A stretch of 63,861 nt of DNA, filler included, from Octopus bimaculoides (Eukaryota), in NCBI RefSeq assembly GCF_001194135.2. It is 7 parts of 7 records of this genome, joined end to end, with 100 filler letters (N's around TTAATTAATTAA, not from the genome) between each part and the next. Parts side by side here need not be neighbours in the genome. Positions count along the whole stretch, not along the records: positions 16,751 to 40,971 come from NC_068986.1; positions 41,072 to 48,324 come from NC_068996.1; positions 48,425 to 54,897 come from NC_068984.1; 4 more parts are not named here. One strand, given 5' to 3'. Under the pieces are notes generated by a model, which was not told where the DNA came from, did no database searches, and saw only the letters and a program-made list of their open reading frames with translations. Position 1 is the stretch's first letter. Each line of letters begins with the position of its first letter. The position numbers were made by a program, and so were the translations under genes. Below are positions 38,244 to 52,369 of the stretch, in pieces.

Positions 38244-38789
38244 TAGGCAAATCGAAAATGAAAATAAAAACAGAGCCACAAAAGTCATTAGGACGTACAC
38301 GTTGAATGTATTAGGTTGATGTTCGGTTTAAGATGGGAAAAAAGAGGGTAAGTGTGACGTTTCGAGCATGTCTCTCCATCAGAAAGAGGAAAGAGGGAAA
38401 GCCCGGTGAGAAGGAAAAGAATTGTCCAAGAAAAGCATGTTTGTAGTTACATGACTGAAGTGACCGGAAGGGCACGCAAAGTTACGAAGTGACTCAGTTT
38501 CATGCACGGTATTTAGTTTGTAACTTTTGCTAATTACATTCACACAGAAACACACACACACATACACACACATGCACATGCACGCACGCACGCACACACG
38601 CACACACACTCACACACAGAAACACACACACCATGCACGTACATAGGCACACAAAATGAATTTCCGTCGGTTTCGACAATGTTCGGTCGTTAGATCAAAG
38701 CTCACACAATTCACGTTGATGTTTACCGTAAATCTCGGGTAAAAATCATTGTAACACAATGTGACAAAGCTAGACAATTGCATTACGGG

Positions 38790-38955
38790 TACAATCTACC
38801 CGACATACTCCTGCACAGTTTCTGTTTGCCTAGTTCTGCTTAGAAAGTTTGGGTTGGCCAGAGACTGCGATAAAAGACAGTTACTCAAGGTGCGGTGGTG
38901 TGGAATCGAGCCTGGGTCTTCGTGATTGTGAAACACTCTTAACTATTCGCCCATA
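38790..38955 (-). mobile_element. Old tRNA-headed SINE fragment
   Basis: Minus strand shows a B-box-like GGCTCGATTCC followed by ccttgagtaactgtcttttatcgc (family-A-like core). Confidence 0.55.
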
Positions 38956-39007
38956 GTTCATACGCATACACATACATACAAATATATATATATACATGCA
39001 TACATAT

Positions 39008-39040
<33 letters not shown>

Positions 39041-40145
39041 NNNNNNNNNNNNNNNNNNNNNNNNNNNNNNNNNNNNNNNNNNNNNNNNNNNNNNNNNNNN
39101 NNNNNNNNNNNNNNNNNNNNNNNNNNNNNNNNNNNNNNNNNNNNNNNNNNNNNNNNNNNNNNNNNNNNNNNNNNNNNNNNNNNNNATACATATACATATA
39201 TATATATATATATCATATGCATATATCACACACATATATACATACATACATACATACATACATACATACATACATGCATGCATACATACATACACAGATA
39301 CACACGAATATACCATTGAACTGTAGACTTTCTAGCCTTTTCAATCATTACATTGTTTCAGTTATTTGACATTTCTCTTTCCCCCAACCCTCATTTCCTT
39401 ATTCTCTTATTTCTTTATCCGGCCTCTAACAAGATAATGTTTATTGTTTATATATGTAATTTATTATCATCAATTACTGATTCCTGCCTCTAATCACTTC
39501 TTTCAGAATAAAACTTCTATCTTTAGCCAACCATCACATTATCTCCCTTCTTCTCTAACCAAACATTCCTATTATGTTTATCATAAGGTTAACTGACTTT
39601 GCAGCCATTTTACTTCGTTTTAAGAACCAACAAACTAGCAAATTCGCAGAATGTATGTGAGGGTAAGAAAGAGAGTAATAAAGAGAATGCGTGTGTTTGG
39701 GTATGTGGAATATCTGTGTGTATTTGTGAGGTGGGGTGCGTCTGCGCGTATCCGTGTATTATTTTATATGTGCATTAATGTATGTCTCCGCATATGTGTG
39801 TCTATGCATGTCCTTTGCCCTTAGCAGTATGTGTAACATATTCGGTGCATACATGCGTCTGTGTGCGTATTTGTTTGGGAATTAAGGTATTTGTGTGCGT
39901 GACTCAGTATTTTACCCTTCGATTTATGTGCAACTCAGTGAAGGTGAGTACTTGAGAGAATGTAGTTACGCATATGTTGCATGTCTTCTATGTCTTGTAT
40001 ATCTTGTATGTATGTATATAGTTGTTTTCCTCTGTATTTTGTGAAGGAGGAGACAAGTCAGTAAAAAGAGACTTTATAGAGTAATTAGAAGTACAAAAAA
40101 ATGATACAAAACAAAAATGCACACAGATATGGGACAGAGTGAATG

Positions 40146-40176
<31 letters not shown>

Positions 40177-40213
40177 TGTATGTATGTATGTATGTATGTA
40201 TGTATGCGTGTGT

Positions 40214-40476
40214 GTTATTCAGTTTTATTTCAAGATTTCTTGCCAATAGAAATCAGAGCCGGTTTCTAACTTAGATCCAACAACATTAATAGGGTGTCTT
40301 TGCATCTACGTGTGATAATGTGCAGTATTTGAGGTTAGAGCAGGTGTAGATTGCTACGTTTTGTTTTATGTATGTATTCTCATGCATTTAGTTGTGTCTA
40401 GACATGTACATGAATACTTAAATGATAAACTTCTGGAAAGTTTTACAAAATTTCACAGTTCCAGTGATATGTAAGC
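40214..40476 (-). mobile_element. RLE-type LINE 3' end embedded in (TATG)n
   Basis: Minus translation ITGTVKFCKTFQKFII* (stop 40418-40420). 3'UTR end homologous to 59225-59290. (TATG)n on both flanks. Confidence 0.65.
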
Positions 40477-41285
40477 TATGTATGCATATATGCATGCATG
40501 TATATATGTGTATATATATGTATGTATGAATGTATACATGTATTTATGCATCATGCATTATGTCAGAAAATTCTTAGTGCTCCTGATAACATGTAAGCCA
40601 ATACACTCTGATTAAACCAGAAGCCCTATCAAGACTACTTATTAAGGAATGTGGCGTTCGTGGGACACCCTGCAGAAGGAAAAACAGATTCTGACAAAAG
40701 GCGGACACAGTCAACAGCCATCTAACAGCTGGAACTGAGACACACCAAATCTGTGTTTTGACATCTTTCTACGAGAAAGAAACTCTGATGTATCGACTGC
40801 CGCCATAGACGGTTTCTTCTGTCAACGCTATTAACACGAGTACTTTTATGCACCATGAGTCCATATGATCCATTCAGGGTAAATAACGCAAGTTAAGTTG
40901 GAAATAAAAGATTACCTCTGGTATCAGTACACCTTCTATCGCTATTATATATGTATATGTATATGTGTATANNNNNNNNNNNNNNNNNNNNNNNNNNNNN
41001 NNNNNNNNNNNNNNNTTAATTAATTAANNNNNNNNNNNNNNNNNNNNNNNNNNNNNNNNNNNNNNNNNNNNAATTATCTATTTAAGGTTTTCTTCGATAT
41101 TTTTTAATAGGGTGAATCTGTATTAAATTTATTTGGTCTGTGAATTACACATCATTGACCGTTAATTGAAACGACCAATCCATGGCCCTTATTTGAAACA
41201 ACCAATCAGACGAATCCATGTGTTTTAAATTTTAAATTTTATATTACTTTCGATTGCATTGTTATCCTTCCTCCATTTCTAACAA

Positions 41286-41327
41286 AACTGTCCGATGAAC
41301 GGGAACGTGAAACTCAGAGTAACGGTT
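41286..41327 (+). ncRNA. Type I hammerhead motif with a U4C core change
   Basis: AACTGT-CCGATGA-ACG(GGAA)CGT-GAAA-CTC(A)GAG-TA-ACGGTT. Preceded by T-rich PLE-like 3' sequence and followed by AATAAA. Confidence 0.75.
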
Positions 41328-41396
41328 CTTTTGTTATATTTCTGCTGCTTTTAAATAAAGTATATATATATATATATATACACACATATGCATACA

Positions 41397-41885
41397 GTAA
41401 TGGAAATGACGAAAGACAGAGACCACTGGAGATATGCTGTGACTGAGAAGACCTGACAAATAAAGTGAGTCCACAGCTACAATCTACACCAGTGTCGCAT
41501 AACCAGCCAACTCAAAAAGTACCCTTGGATCGTAGGGTGACATGCCATGCTTGAGGAGACCTATTGAGACATACAGCTACATCAAAATGAAATCAAATTT
41601 CAATCAAATGGAAATTGTAGTTGTCGTCCCCGTGCTGGTAGCATGTAAAAAGCACCATCCGAACATGACCGATGACAGCGCCTTAACTGGCTCCTGTGCT
41701 GGTGGCACGGAAAAGCACCCACTACACTCTCAGAGTGGTTGGCATTAGGAAGTGCATCCAGCTGTAGAAACATTGTCAGATCAGACTGGTGCCTGGTGCA
41801 GCCTCCTGGCTTCTCAGAACCCAGTCAAATCATCCAACCCATGCCAGCATGGAAAACGGATGTTAAACGATGATGATGATGATGA
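41397..41885 (+). mobile_element. RTE LINE 3' end (ORF2 C-terminus plus 3'UTR, (GAT)n tail)
   Basis: MEMTKDRDHWRYAVTEKT* (DR..WR motif), then a UTR with duplicated GTGCTGGTRGCA..AAAAGCACC. Related pieces at 46430-46485, 59317-59465 (-) and 59585-59780. Confidence 0.85.
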
Positions 41886-42014
41886 TAACAGAAAAGAATC
41901 TTTAGAAAAGGAAAGCAAATGGAATATATAATATTTCTACCAAACAGTAAATTAAAATGAATTGTGGAGAAGGAATGGGAATAAATGCAAAATGAAACAA
42001 ATGTAAACACACAA

Positions 42015-42165
42015 TCTTTTATTCTTTTACTTGTTTCGGTCATTTGACTGCGGCCAGGCTGGAGTACTGCCTTAAGTAAAAAAAAATCAACCCCGGGACT
42101 TGCTCTTTGTAAGCTTAATACTTACTCTATCACTCTCTTTTGCCAAACTGCTTAGTTATGTGGAC
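42015..42165 (-). mobile_element. SINE family A, 3' half
   Basis: cttttacttgtttcggtcatttgactgcggcc.. is the reverse complement of the family tail. Further partial copies at 45300-45400, 45930-46260 and 48085-48300. Confidence 0.8.
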
Positions 42166-42442
42166 ATGGTTATGTAGATTTGCACACTATAAAATGCAAA
42201 CCATGTAGTGGCCTATTGCAATAAACTCTTGAGCTTTTCGAGTCGACCCCAATAGTCAAGGCCTGTCATGCTATCTATCTTTTTGTAATTGACATTTAAG
42301 GTGCTTCAACTTTCATGATACTTTGTTTTATGTGGGGAGACCAAAGTGGGGTTGGGCAAAAATGAAGAAAAGAAAGATAATGGTGTGGATGTCTCTTGAC
42401 TGAAAAGTTTTGAGAATCCAGGAACACATTCTGTGGCCCATT

Positions 42443-42508
<66 letters not shown>

Positions 42509-43077
42509 TCACGATTTTGGTTCGTTAAAATGTTTGTCACATATTTCAACTGTAAAAAGGCAAATACATTGTAGTTACTGTGATGAAAAGATCTCTCTTA
42601 CAGAAAAAAGGTGTGGAAACATCCCATTCGTTCAGTGTCGCCCTCTTTCAAGAATCTCAGACATTGATGTTTCGAGTTTATTGACTCTTGTTGATCAGAT
42701 GTACCTAAGAGAGACAACTCTAACCGAACTGATGAAGCTTTTAGTCTTATATATAATTCAGCCAACACATTGATTTGCGTGCGTACATTGCCAGATCTAG
42801 AAAAAATATTGGAGTAATGGCACTAAGCAGTGTTTACACATAACCACGATTTAGGTTTGCTGAAATATATTTGTCACATATTTCAATTGCTAAAGGCAAA
42901 TATACTGCAGCAAATGCAGCTTTGGTCAAGGAGTAGATTTTTCAAATATTAATTATAATAAAGGGAAAATATCATTAATGATTTTACCAAAGGGTCAGTG
43001 AGGAAATAAAAACCTTATTCGTGAACTTTACAAATATAATAATAATTATATATACATATATACATACATAAATATGT

Positions 43078-43120
<43 letters not shown>

Positions 43121-44373
43121 NNNNNNNNNNNNNNNNNNNNNNNNNNNNNNNNNNNNNNNNNNNNNNNNNNNNNNNNNNNNNNNNNNNNNNNNNNNNNNNN
43201 NNNNNNNNNNNNNNNNNNNNGGGAAAGTATGTTTTCTAAATCTAAAGTCATTATCAATTCTTCTTTAATGGAAGATTGAAACTTGTTTATGTTCCTACTG
43301 TTTATACTAAGCTTCTATATTCTACATTATTGTTCTGAAGACGATGTCAATAAATGATAAGCCATTATTGCAACATGGAAGAAAAACATGGTAAATCCCA
43401 TGAAGGACACAAGCAATGATACAAACAGTTTACCTAATACTCTTAGACACACTTACACACACACATATATATAAATGTATATACATATGTGTGTTTGTGT
43501 ACACCCACTCACCTATGAATATAAAGATTCCTCCCCTTTGCTAAAAGATGTTTGACTATATTTAATAAAGTGAATCAGAGTTAGTACTATTTATGTAGAT
43601 GTCACACTATTGATTAAAACAACTCTTTACATTTGCCTAAAGCAAGAGGCCAGGAATAAATAACAATATTCAACTGGGAATATGAATATGGTAAGGTTTG
43701 TGTATGTCTGTGCTCATTCACGCATACACACACAAATACATTTATATTGTATATACATATATATGTGTGTGTGTATAAATACAGATGTATTTATATGTAT
43801 ACATATATATGTAGGTGAAACAATTTAAAGATATTTAAAGATATATATATATATATATATATAACGTGAGAGAGTTAGGGGTTGGGGGTACAACCCACTA
43901 AGGGATAGTATCTATCCAGTATACTGCTGGGAGGGTACCCAATTATTGCTACGCTAGTGCTATACTAGGTGCAATCAATGGGAGCAGGTAAAAGTGGAGG
44001 TTTTACCCAAAATTTGTGTAACAATTAGAAAATGGAGGATAGTTCAGCATATTATCCTCCATTTTCTAATTGTTATATNNNNNNNNNNNNNNNNNNNNNN
44101 NNNNNNNNNNNNNNNNNNNNNNNNNNNNNNNNNNNNNNNNNNNNNNNNNNNNNNNNNNNNNNNNNNNNNNNNNNNNNNNNNNNNNNNNNNATATACATAT
44201 ATATATATATATATTTATATACAGTTACATCTATCTATATATATATATATATATATACATATATTTATGTATATACAAATATATATATGTGTGTGTGTGT
44301 ATATAGTTATATATATATTTATATAGTGGTGCCCCAACATGACTGCAGCCTTTGAGCAGAAACTGGTTAAAGA

Positions 44374-44409
<36 letters not shown>

Positions 44410-45409
44410 TGAGAGAGAGAGAGAGAGAGAATGAGAGGAGAGTGACACTGAGAGAGGGGGATGAATGGGTACATAGATATGTAAATACACTTATATACAG
44501 AGTTGATGGCATTTGTGAACTTACTTGTAAATGCAAAAATAAGTGCTCAACACATGCACGAACACTTGAAATGTGCATTTGTAAACAAAGTGACTATGTA
44601 TTATTCTTTCCCTTTACCTTACAGAAGTTTAAAGGTCACTGAATGTAGGAGACACTGTGAATACTGAATAAACATTCTATTTTCACTCCTGATGTAAACA
44701 CACACACACACACACACACACAGTTACCTGCATTGATATTCTGCTGAACCTGATAAAAGCACTTGTATCTACTCACAAACAATTCAATACACACACATGC
44801 GCACACACACACACACACGCACAAATATTAATACAATGAGAGCAATCTTTTATTAGAACAGCTGTTAACGAATAGATGCAAGTGCTTTATATATATATGT
44901 GTGTGTGCACGTTTGTGTGTGTGTGACGTACTCATCTTGTGCACACATGCATACCTATACACGTTTGTGTATAGCTTTAATCACTCACACACACGCACAC
45001 ACATACACACACCTAATGGTGAATATTTGTCTGTTTGTGTAATGTCAGACATCACAAAACATGAAGGTTTTAGATTCAATACTATAAGGTATTGCTAACA
45101 CATTTCTTTGACACCTAAAACTCTTGTGTCAAAGGTAGCTGCCACAGTCAATGACTTTTGAAATGCAAGTAATCACAGTTCAAATGTTGCTGTTGTTGTT
45201 TGTGACTGAAGGACAGGAACTAACCACTCTTCTGTGCAAGAAATAATGTTTAGTCTCATTTTAGAATAACTATGTTAAATGACTTCCTGTTTTACATCAT
45301 CTATCTCTGTTTTTTTTTACTTGGTTCAGTCACTGAATCATGGTCATGCTGGGGCACTGCCTTAAAGGGTTTTAGCTGAATGAATTGATCCCACTGCTTA
45401 TACATATAT

Positions 45410-45640
45410 TACACCCCTGGCAAGCCATGTATGGCACTTAGAAGAGGAAGTAACCCAATATATAATTAAATGGAAGCTCCTTGAACAACCAGGCACTTAT
45501 ATAAATGGGAGCAAATGATGTAAGCTCAGCCTGGCCAGGAGAATAAGAATCCTAGAAAACCTTGCTACACGTGGGGACCTTTTTAAACTCAAGGATAGAA
45601 GTATTTAGTCAATGCCCTCATCTAAAATGTTTCCTATAAC
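45410..45640 (+). pseudogene. Penelope-like GIY-YIG C-terminal fragment
   Basis: LASHVWHLEEEVTQYIIKWKLLEQPGTYINGSK*CKLSLA, clearly homologous to 3510-3815. Confidence 0.8.
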
Positions 45641-46180
45641 AAACTTGGAATTCGCTATTTGTTGAATAAGCCAACCACACCTCCTTTGAATATCACTATG
45701 GCCAGATCTGACGTAAGAGGGATGACCCTGTCCTGCTGCAGCACCTTTGCACAGATAAATATTTTTTGTTAACGAAACTAACTGACCGTGATGTATTTCT
45801 TCCTCCAGTTGTAGAAAGATTATGTGCCATTAGACATATGAGACTGACAAGAGCAGAGTACTTTATAGGTGTAAAACCAATAGTCACTGTATGACCAGCC
45901 ATAACATTTAACTTCCTAAATATATATAATTTAAGCCTAGTACTTATTCTACTGGTCAGTTTTGCAAACTGCAGACTACTAAGTTATGGAGATGTAAACA
46001 AATCAACACCAACTGTCAAGAAGTGCAGGGGAATAAACATGAAGGTACACTGGTATATATACATATATACAGATATATAAGCACACATACATACATATAC
46101 ATGCACACACACATATATATATATATATACATACACACGTATACACATATATATATACACACACAGAAATATATACACAG

Positions 46181-46220
<40 letters not shown>

Positions 46221-46323
46221 AGATCAAAGCAATCTGAAGCAAACTTTTGATCAATGCATGTAACTCCCAATAAATGTGTTGAGTGCCCGTCTTTAATTTG
46301 TTCACTCACTCATATGTACACAT

Positions 46324-46383
<60 letters not shown>

Positions 46384-47190
46384 ACACACAGACTTTGATG
46401 GAATCTTCTGATATGTCAGTGCCCCTCAAACCATCTAACCCATGCCAGCATGGAAGAAAGACGTTAAATGACGATGATGATGAAAATATGTCTTGGGTGA
46501 ACATACTTTAAAAATATCAGCAATCATTCCTGCAATGATGAATCAAACAGGAAGGGGTCAAAGAAAAGGCTACAAACACTCCTTAAAAACATTAAAGGGC
46601 ATACAAACTGTGTACCCTGCACAGCTCATTCACTCAACTTTGTTGGAGAGAAAACTGTGCCTGTTGTGCTGGAAGATGTTGAATATTTTTGCATATTGTA
46701 GGAACTGGATGTTTTCTTAACTGGACTCCAATGAAGACAAAGAACTTAATTACCGAAAGCAATCAAGATTTTTATTTTTGGAGGGCTTCAAGGTAACCTA
46801 AATAATCTACGCACCAGAAAAAATTCAACGCAATTAAAAATGGATATATGTGTGTTTTATAAACTCTCAAACATATTTTGAAGACTCAGAGAAGGAAGAA
46901 TTATGAATGTAAATAGTATGCAACAAATGTATATCATAAAGTGGTAAAGCTGGAATATGATCATTCAACAGTTGCTTAGCAAGGAATGTGGAAGCATCTC
47001 AATGAAACAAATAGGGAACTCCACATCCTATGTTTTAATATATCTGAAAATCGTCTTAAGCCATCATCTTTACTGTTTTTTAGTTGAAGAACTCAGAGAA
47101 ATTTCAGGTGGTAAGATGTTATATCATGAATGAAATTAAAAGGTTTGTGTGAAAATGTCACTTTAAGCTATTCTGATACTTCCAAATGCG

Positions 47191-47560
47191 TGGAGGCGCA
47201 ATGGCCCAGTGGTTAGGGCAGTGGACTCGTGGTCATTGGATCACGGTTTTGATTACCAGACCGGGCGTTGTGAGTGTTTATTGTGCGAAAACACCTAAAG
47301 CTCCACGAAGCTCCAGCAGGGAACGGTGGCAAACCCTGCTGTACTCTTTCACCACAACTTTCTCTCACTCTTACTTCCTGTTTCTGTTGTGCCTTGTCAG
47401 CCTTGTCACACTGTGTCACGCTGAATATCCCCGAGAACTACGTTAAGGGTACATGTATCTGTGGAGTGCTCAACCACTTGCATGTTAATTTCACGAGCAG
47501 GCTGTTCCATTGATCGGATCAACTGGAACCCTCGAGGTCATAAGCGACGGAGTGCCAACA
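47191..47560 (+). mobile_element. SINE family C (tRNA-derived), full length with 13-bp TSD
   Basis: A-box TGGCCCAGTGG; tail ..aactggaaccctcg..gacggagtgccaaca; TSD ACTTCCAAATGCG at 47178-47190 and 47561-47573. Confidence 0.9.
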
Positions 47561-47770
47561 ACTTCCAAATGCGCCGTTACAAAGATATATTCAAACAGAA
47601 CAACTAATGCTGTTTCTTTGAGAGGAACTGAAGAATTTAGAATAGATGTTCAAAATCAATCCAATGACTGCATAGTGGTCCAAGAGGATTAACCCAATGG
47701 GCAGAATGTGGAATGGTTCAAGTTACTCTCAGAATTTGCAAACAATTTTGAAATTGATGAGGACAATATT

Positions 47771-47986
47771 GATTTCAAGTATTTTGGTACAAGGCCATCA
47801 AGTCCAAGGGAGTGGGTAAGTCAATTACACTGACCCCAGTGCATGACTGGTACTTATTTTTTCGACTCCCAAAAGGATGAAAGTCAAAGTCGATTTTGGT
47901 GGAACACAGACTATAAAAATGGATGAAGATGAAATACTGCTAAGCATTTTACTTGGCATGCTAAGAATTCTGTCATCTTCCTGCCT
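47771..47986 (-). mobile_element. SINE family B, diverged, with 17-bp TSD
   Basis: TTGATGAGGACAATATT at 47754-47770 and 47987-48003. Confidence 0.85.
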
Positions 47987-48424
47987 TTGATGAGGACAAT
48001 ATTAAATTTATAATAACATATTACAATGTTAAAATTAAGCAGAAATTAGTGTATGAAATTAATTATCAGTACAGAGAATATTTTTATTGTTTTATTCTTT
48101 TATTTGTTTCAGTCATTTGACTATGGCCATACTGGAGCACCACCTTTAGTTGAACAAATCGAACCTAGCACTTATTCTTTGTAAGCCTAGTACTTATTCT
48201 ATCGGTCTCTTTTGCCGAACTGCTAATTTACAAGGACATAAATACACCAAAATTGGTTGTCAAGCAATGGTAGGGGGACAAACATAGACACACAAACATA
48301 TATATATATATATATATATATATANNNNNNNNNNNNNNNNNNNNNNNNNNNNNNNNNNNNNNNNNNNNTTAATTAATTAANNNNNNNNNNNNNNNNNNNN
48401 NNNNNNNNNNNNNNNNNNNNNNNN

Positions 48425-48504
48425 CGTAGTTCTCGAGTTTTAGGGATTCACACAGACAGACAGACAGACAGACAGACACACATTCTCATTTTTATATATA
48501 TAGA
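48425..48504 (-). mobile_element. Helitron-type non-autonomous element 5' end
   Basis: Minus strand A|TCTATATATATAAAAATGAGAATG..(TGTC)n; truncated by a gap. Confidence 0.55.
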
Positions 48505-48602
48505 TAAGACGTGTGTATTTGTGTTAGTGTGAGGAAGAGAAAAGTTTGTGTGCGTATCTGGATAAATATGTAAAATGTTTGATTTATACATGCGTTTTTT
48601 TT

Positions 48603-48648
<46 letters not shown>

Positions 48649-49753
48649 TCCTCTCTCTGTGGGTATAAATGCTTAATAGCTCTCGTCTATCTTGCCCACT
48701 CGTCTAATAAACACTGAGAAATTAGTATCGTGTTGTTCATGTCTTTACTGAAGTCCATTAGCGCCCAACATGAAAGAGCTGGCCGTCCAATCCTCATTAT
48801 AATCATCGCTACGACGAAACAAACATGAGCTCATCAAGCCAATGAAAAAGCCTATAGGAAGTCACATGACCTCCCAGAAATAAGTTCATCAAACCAAAAC
48901 CTATTGTTTTAATAAAGGAAGGATGATGTGCAGTGGCGACTGAACTTGAAACGGTATGGTTGCAAAACAGGCTTCTTAACCACACAGCCGTGATAGCTTT
49001 AAAGATATTGGATGGCCATGACTGGATTGTCCTTTTCCATAAGTCCGTTCTCTCTGAACTGACCTGGGGCTTCACACTGACGTTTACTTCGATTTCACAA
49101 TTGCAAACTTTGATTAAATTTGTAGCAGTTGTTATTGTTGTTGTTGATGCTACTCATGATGATGATGATGGTGTTGGTGGTGGTGGTAGTGGTGGTGAGG
49201 TGGGGGATGTTTTCTGTTGCTGTTGTTGTTGTTGTTGTTTAGCCCAAGGCCAGCCTTGATTGAGTCAACATTGGATCAAAGTTCACCTCATTTGTTTTAG
49301 TTCTGATTCGTTTTTGTTTGTTTTTTTCTTGTTTCTTCTTTTATTTTTTGGGGGGGGAGTGGGGCATTGAATATCGAGGACTACATTATCCAATGATTCC
49401 TGTTTTCTGGTAAGAATATTAGGATGGAAATGTTTTTTGGCGGGGAGAGATCTGACTTCTATTTCTAGCAATTTGAGTTGCCACATTGCGGCTGGTGATG
49501 ATGTCNNNNNNNNNNNNNNNNNNNNNNNNNNNNNNNNNNNNNNNNNNNNNNNNNNNNNNNNNNNNNNNNNNNNNNNNNNNNNNNNNNNNNNNNNNNNNNN
49601 NNNNNNNNNNNNNNNNNNNNNNNNNNNNNNNNNNNNNNNNNNNNNNNNNNNNNNNNNNNNNNNNNNNNNNNNNNNNNNNNNNNNNNNNNNNNNNNNNNNN
49701 NNNNNNNNNNNNNNNNNNNNNNNNNNNNNNNNNNNNNNNNNNNNNNNNNNNNN

Positions 49754-50160
49754 TACTAACGCCACTACTATCACTACAGCTACTGCTACTCCTATCATTA
49801 CTACTACTACGACTACTATTGCTACTACTACTACGACTACTACTACTGTTGCTGTTACTACTACTACTATGACTACTACTACTACTACCACTACTACCAC
49901 TACCACTACTACACTACTACTACTTCTACCACTACTACTATCACTACTACCACTACTACGACGACGACGACTACTCCTACGACTACTACTACGACTACTA
50001 CTACCACAACTATTACTGCTGCTACCACTACTACCACTACTACTACTACTGCTACCACTACTACTAGTACTACAGCAACTGCTGCTGCTGCTACTACCAC
50101 CACCAGTTACTTGTATTGCCACTACCGGCACCACTGCCACTACTATTGCCAACACTACAG
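49754..50160. repeat. Degenerate (CTA)n/(CCA)n/(CGA)n triplet array
   Basis: Explains the poly-T/V/S/L ORFs at 49283-50263. Confidence 0.95.
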
Positions 50161-50309
50161 TTTGTACTCGAAAGTAAGAGGAGTGCGCGGGAGCCTGGCT
50201 GGTAGTCATAGCCCCCTGAGGTGTGGGAAGTAAGCGAAAAGGAAAAGCATTGCTCAAGGACATAACCTGCTACCAGATTCAGGAATCGAACGAACGGCCT
50301 TGTGATTAG

Positions 50310-50738
50310 GGTGCAAGCGTGGTTATGTGGTAAGGAGTTTGCTTCCCAGCCACATGGTTCCGAGTTCAATCCCACTGCGTGCCACTTTTGGCGATTGCCT
50401 TCTTTCCTCTTCTACAGCCTCGGATCGACAAATCCTTGTGAATTGATTTGGCAGAAGGAAGCTAAAAGTCCGTCGCTTGTCTGTGTGTGTGTGTGTGTGT
50501 GTATGCGTGCGTGTGTGCGTGTGTGTTTCTGTCTGTGTGTGTGTATCTGTGTCTATGTTTGTTGCCAACCACCATTGGACAACCAATGTTTGTTTGTTTA
50601 CAATAGAATAAGTACCAGATTTTTTAAAAAAAACCATAAGTTCTGGGGTCGATTCATTCGACAAAAGATTCTCCAAGGCGTTGCCTCAGCATGACCGCAG
50701 TCAAATGACCGAAAAAAGCATAAAAGATAAAAGAAAAG
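50310..50738 (+). mobile_element. SINE family A, full length, diverged
   Basis: Head, core, internal (TG)n and tail all present. Confidence 0.85.
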
Positions 50739-52369
50739 ATGAGCCGATCATCTCAACCACTTCGCCATGCACCTTTATTGAGATACGTTTTCGTAGCTAA
50801 AAGAATATGGGTCTTGTTGGTCTTGTGGTTATGTAGCTCCTTGCCAGCCCTCATTCAACAAACCTCTGCACAAAGGCGTTTCAGCCGTGACCATCTCTCA
50901 TTTTATCTGCTGTAGTCTACAGATGATTCCATTCCTATTTTGGAACAACTGGATGTTAAATGAAGAAGACTTAACTGTTATTTCTTGCAGAGAGCCACTG
51001 CGTTGAAACTCCCTATTTGACTCATGAACGCAGGCATTTGAGAGGTAAATATCTCAGTCCTGGCACCAAGTTGTATCCTTGGCAATGCACGAATTGTCAA
51101 CTATTTGTATGTACAGGCTTTATGTTGGATAATCTGACCCTAACGTAAACTCTAACCTCCATTCCCGATCCATTTCCCTTTCAATTTTTTCTTATCCCTT
51201 TTAATATTACCAGTCCTTTCTGACCTACCTATAAATTGTCCGTTCTGTTTTTCTACTTTCACTTTCTCTCTCAACCTCTCTCACTGTTCTTGTCTCTCCT
51301 CTTCACTTTATACCCCTATCCTTTTGCGTCCCCTACTCAACCAAATCGAACTAAATCTCTACCCATTCACAAACACAAACCCATCCCAAACAATACCTAA
51401 TCCTTTCTTTTTATAGACAATTCCATTCCACAAATGTGAAATGTCTTTTCCCGCTCTTTCTATGCCCTGTCGTCTGCTTTAGCACGCGCTGCCATATAAC
51501 CTCTTTACACTATTCTACTTTTTACTTAACTCATATTTTTCCATTATCTTTTTCCTTATCATGCAATTCGTCTTGTTTCATTTTGCTTGTATTTGTTTTT
51601 ATTTATTTAATGCTATTGTTATTTTTGTTGCTATTCTTGGGTAACATTGCTGCTGCTGCTGCTACTGCTGCTGTTGTTGTTACTATCGACCACATTTCTC
51701 TTGATTCCCTTTAAGTTTGTATTTATTTCTGGTGTTGTCTTGCCTTATTATATTTTTAGCTCTGATAATCTTCTATATAGCTTCTCCCCCAAACCCGCCG
51801 CCATATTTCCACATATTTCCTTCTTAAATTACCTTTTCTGTAACAAAACAAACACTTGGGTGAATAATAACCTTTTCTAACTATAGCAGCAAAAAGCCTC
51901 GGAGGTGGAATAAACATGTAAAGAAGATTAGATTGAAGCCCATTACATAACTGGTATCTATTTTCTGAGGAAGAAAGAAACACAGTGTCGACGCCGACCG
52001 AAATGGAACTCTGAATGCAAAGTGAGGTAAATATAGAATCGGCATTCATTTAATCCGGCACATTTCTGATTCTGCGATTTAAAGCCGTTTTTCATAAACA
52101 ATGATTTGTATTACAGAAGGCTACATATTATTGAGGAAGGATTTCATCTTTGTAGCTAACTTCGGGTTTTTCAATGTTTTCTATATTAAGGGGAGGTCGG
52201 AGAGTGAATTCAGAAGCTATAGAGACATAACGGCATCTGACCTTTGTAACATATTGCAATAAAGTGTTCTCTTGAGGATCTGTTGATGTTCAGCATCCAA
52301 CTGCACTTTGAACATCCAATGCAGGGCACGAAAATAGCCAGAATGGGGAAACGTACTCGGTATCTAGAA

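Noticed and set aside
40621-40725. RNVAFVGHPAEGKT, a perfect Walker A look-alike
   Set aside because: A stop follows 11 codons later, with no donor site and no further GTPase motifs; likely chance.
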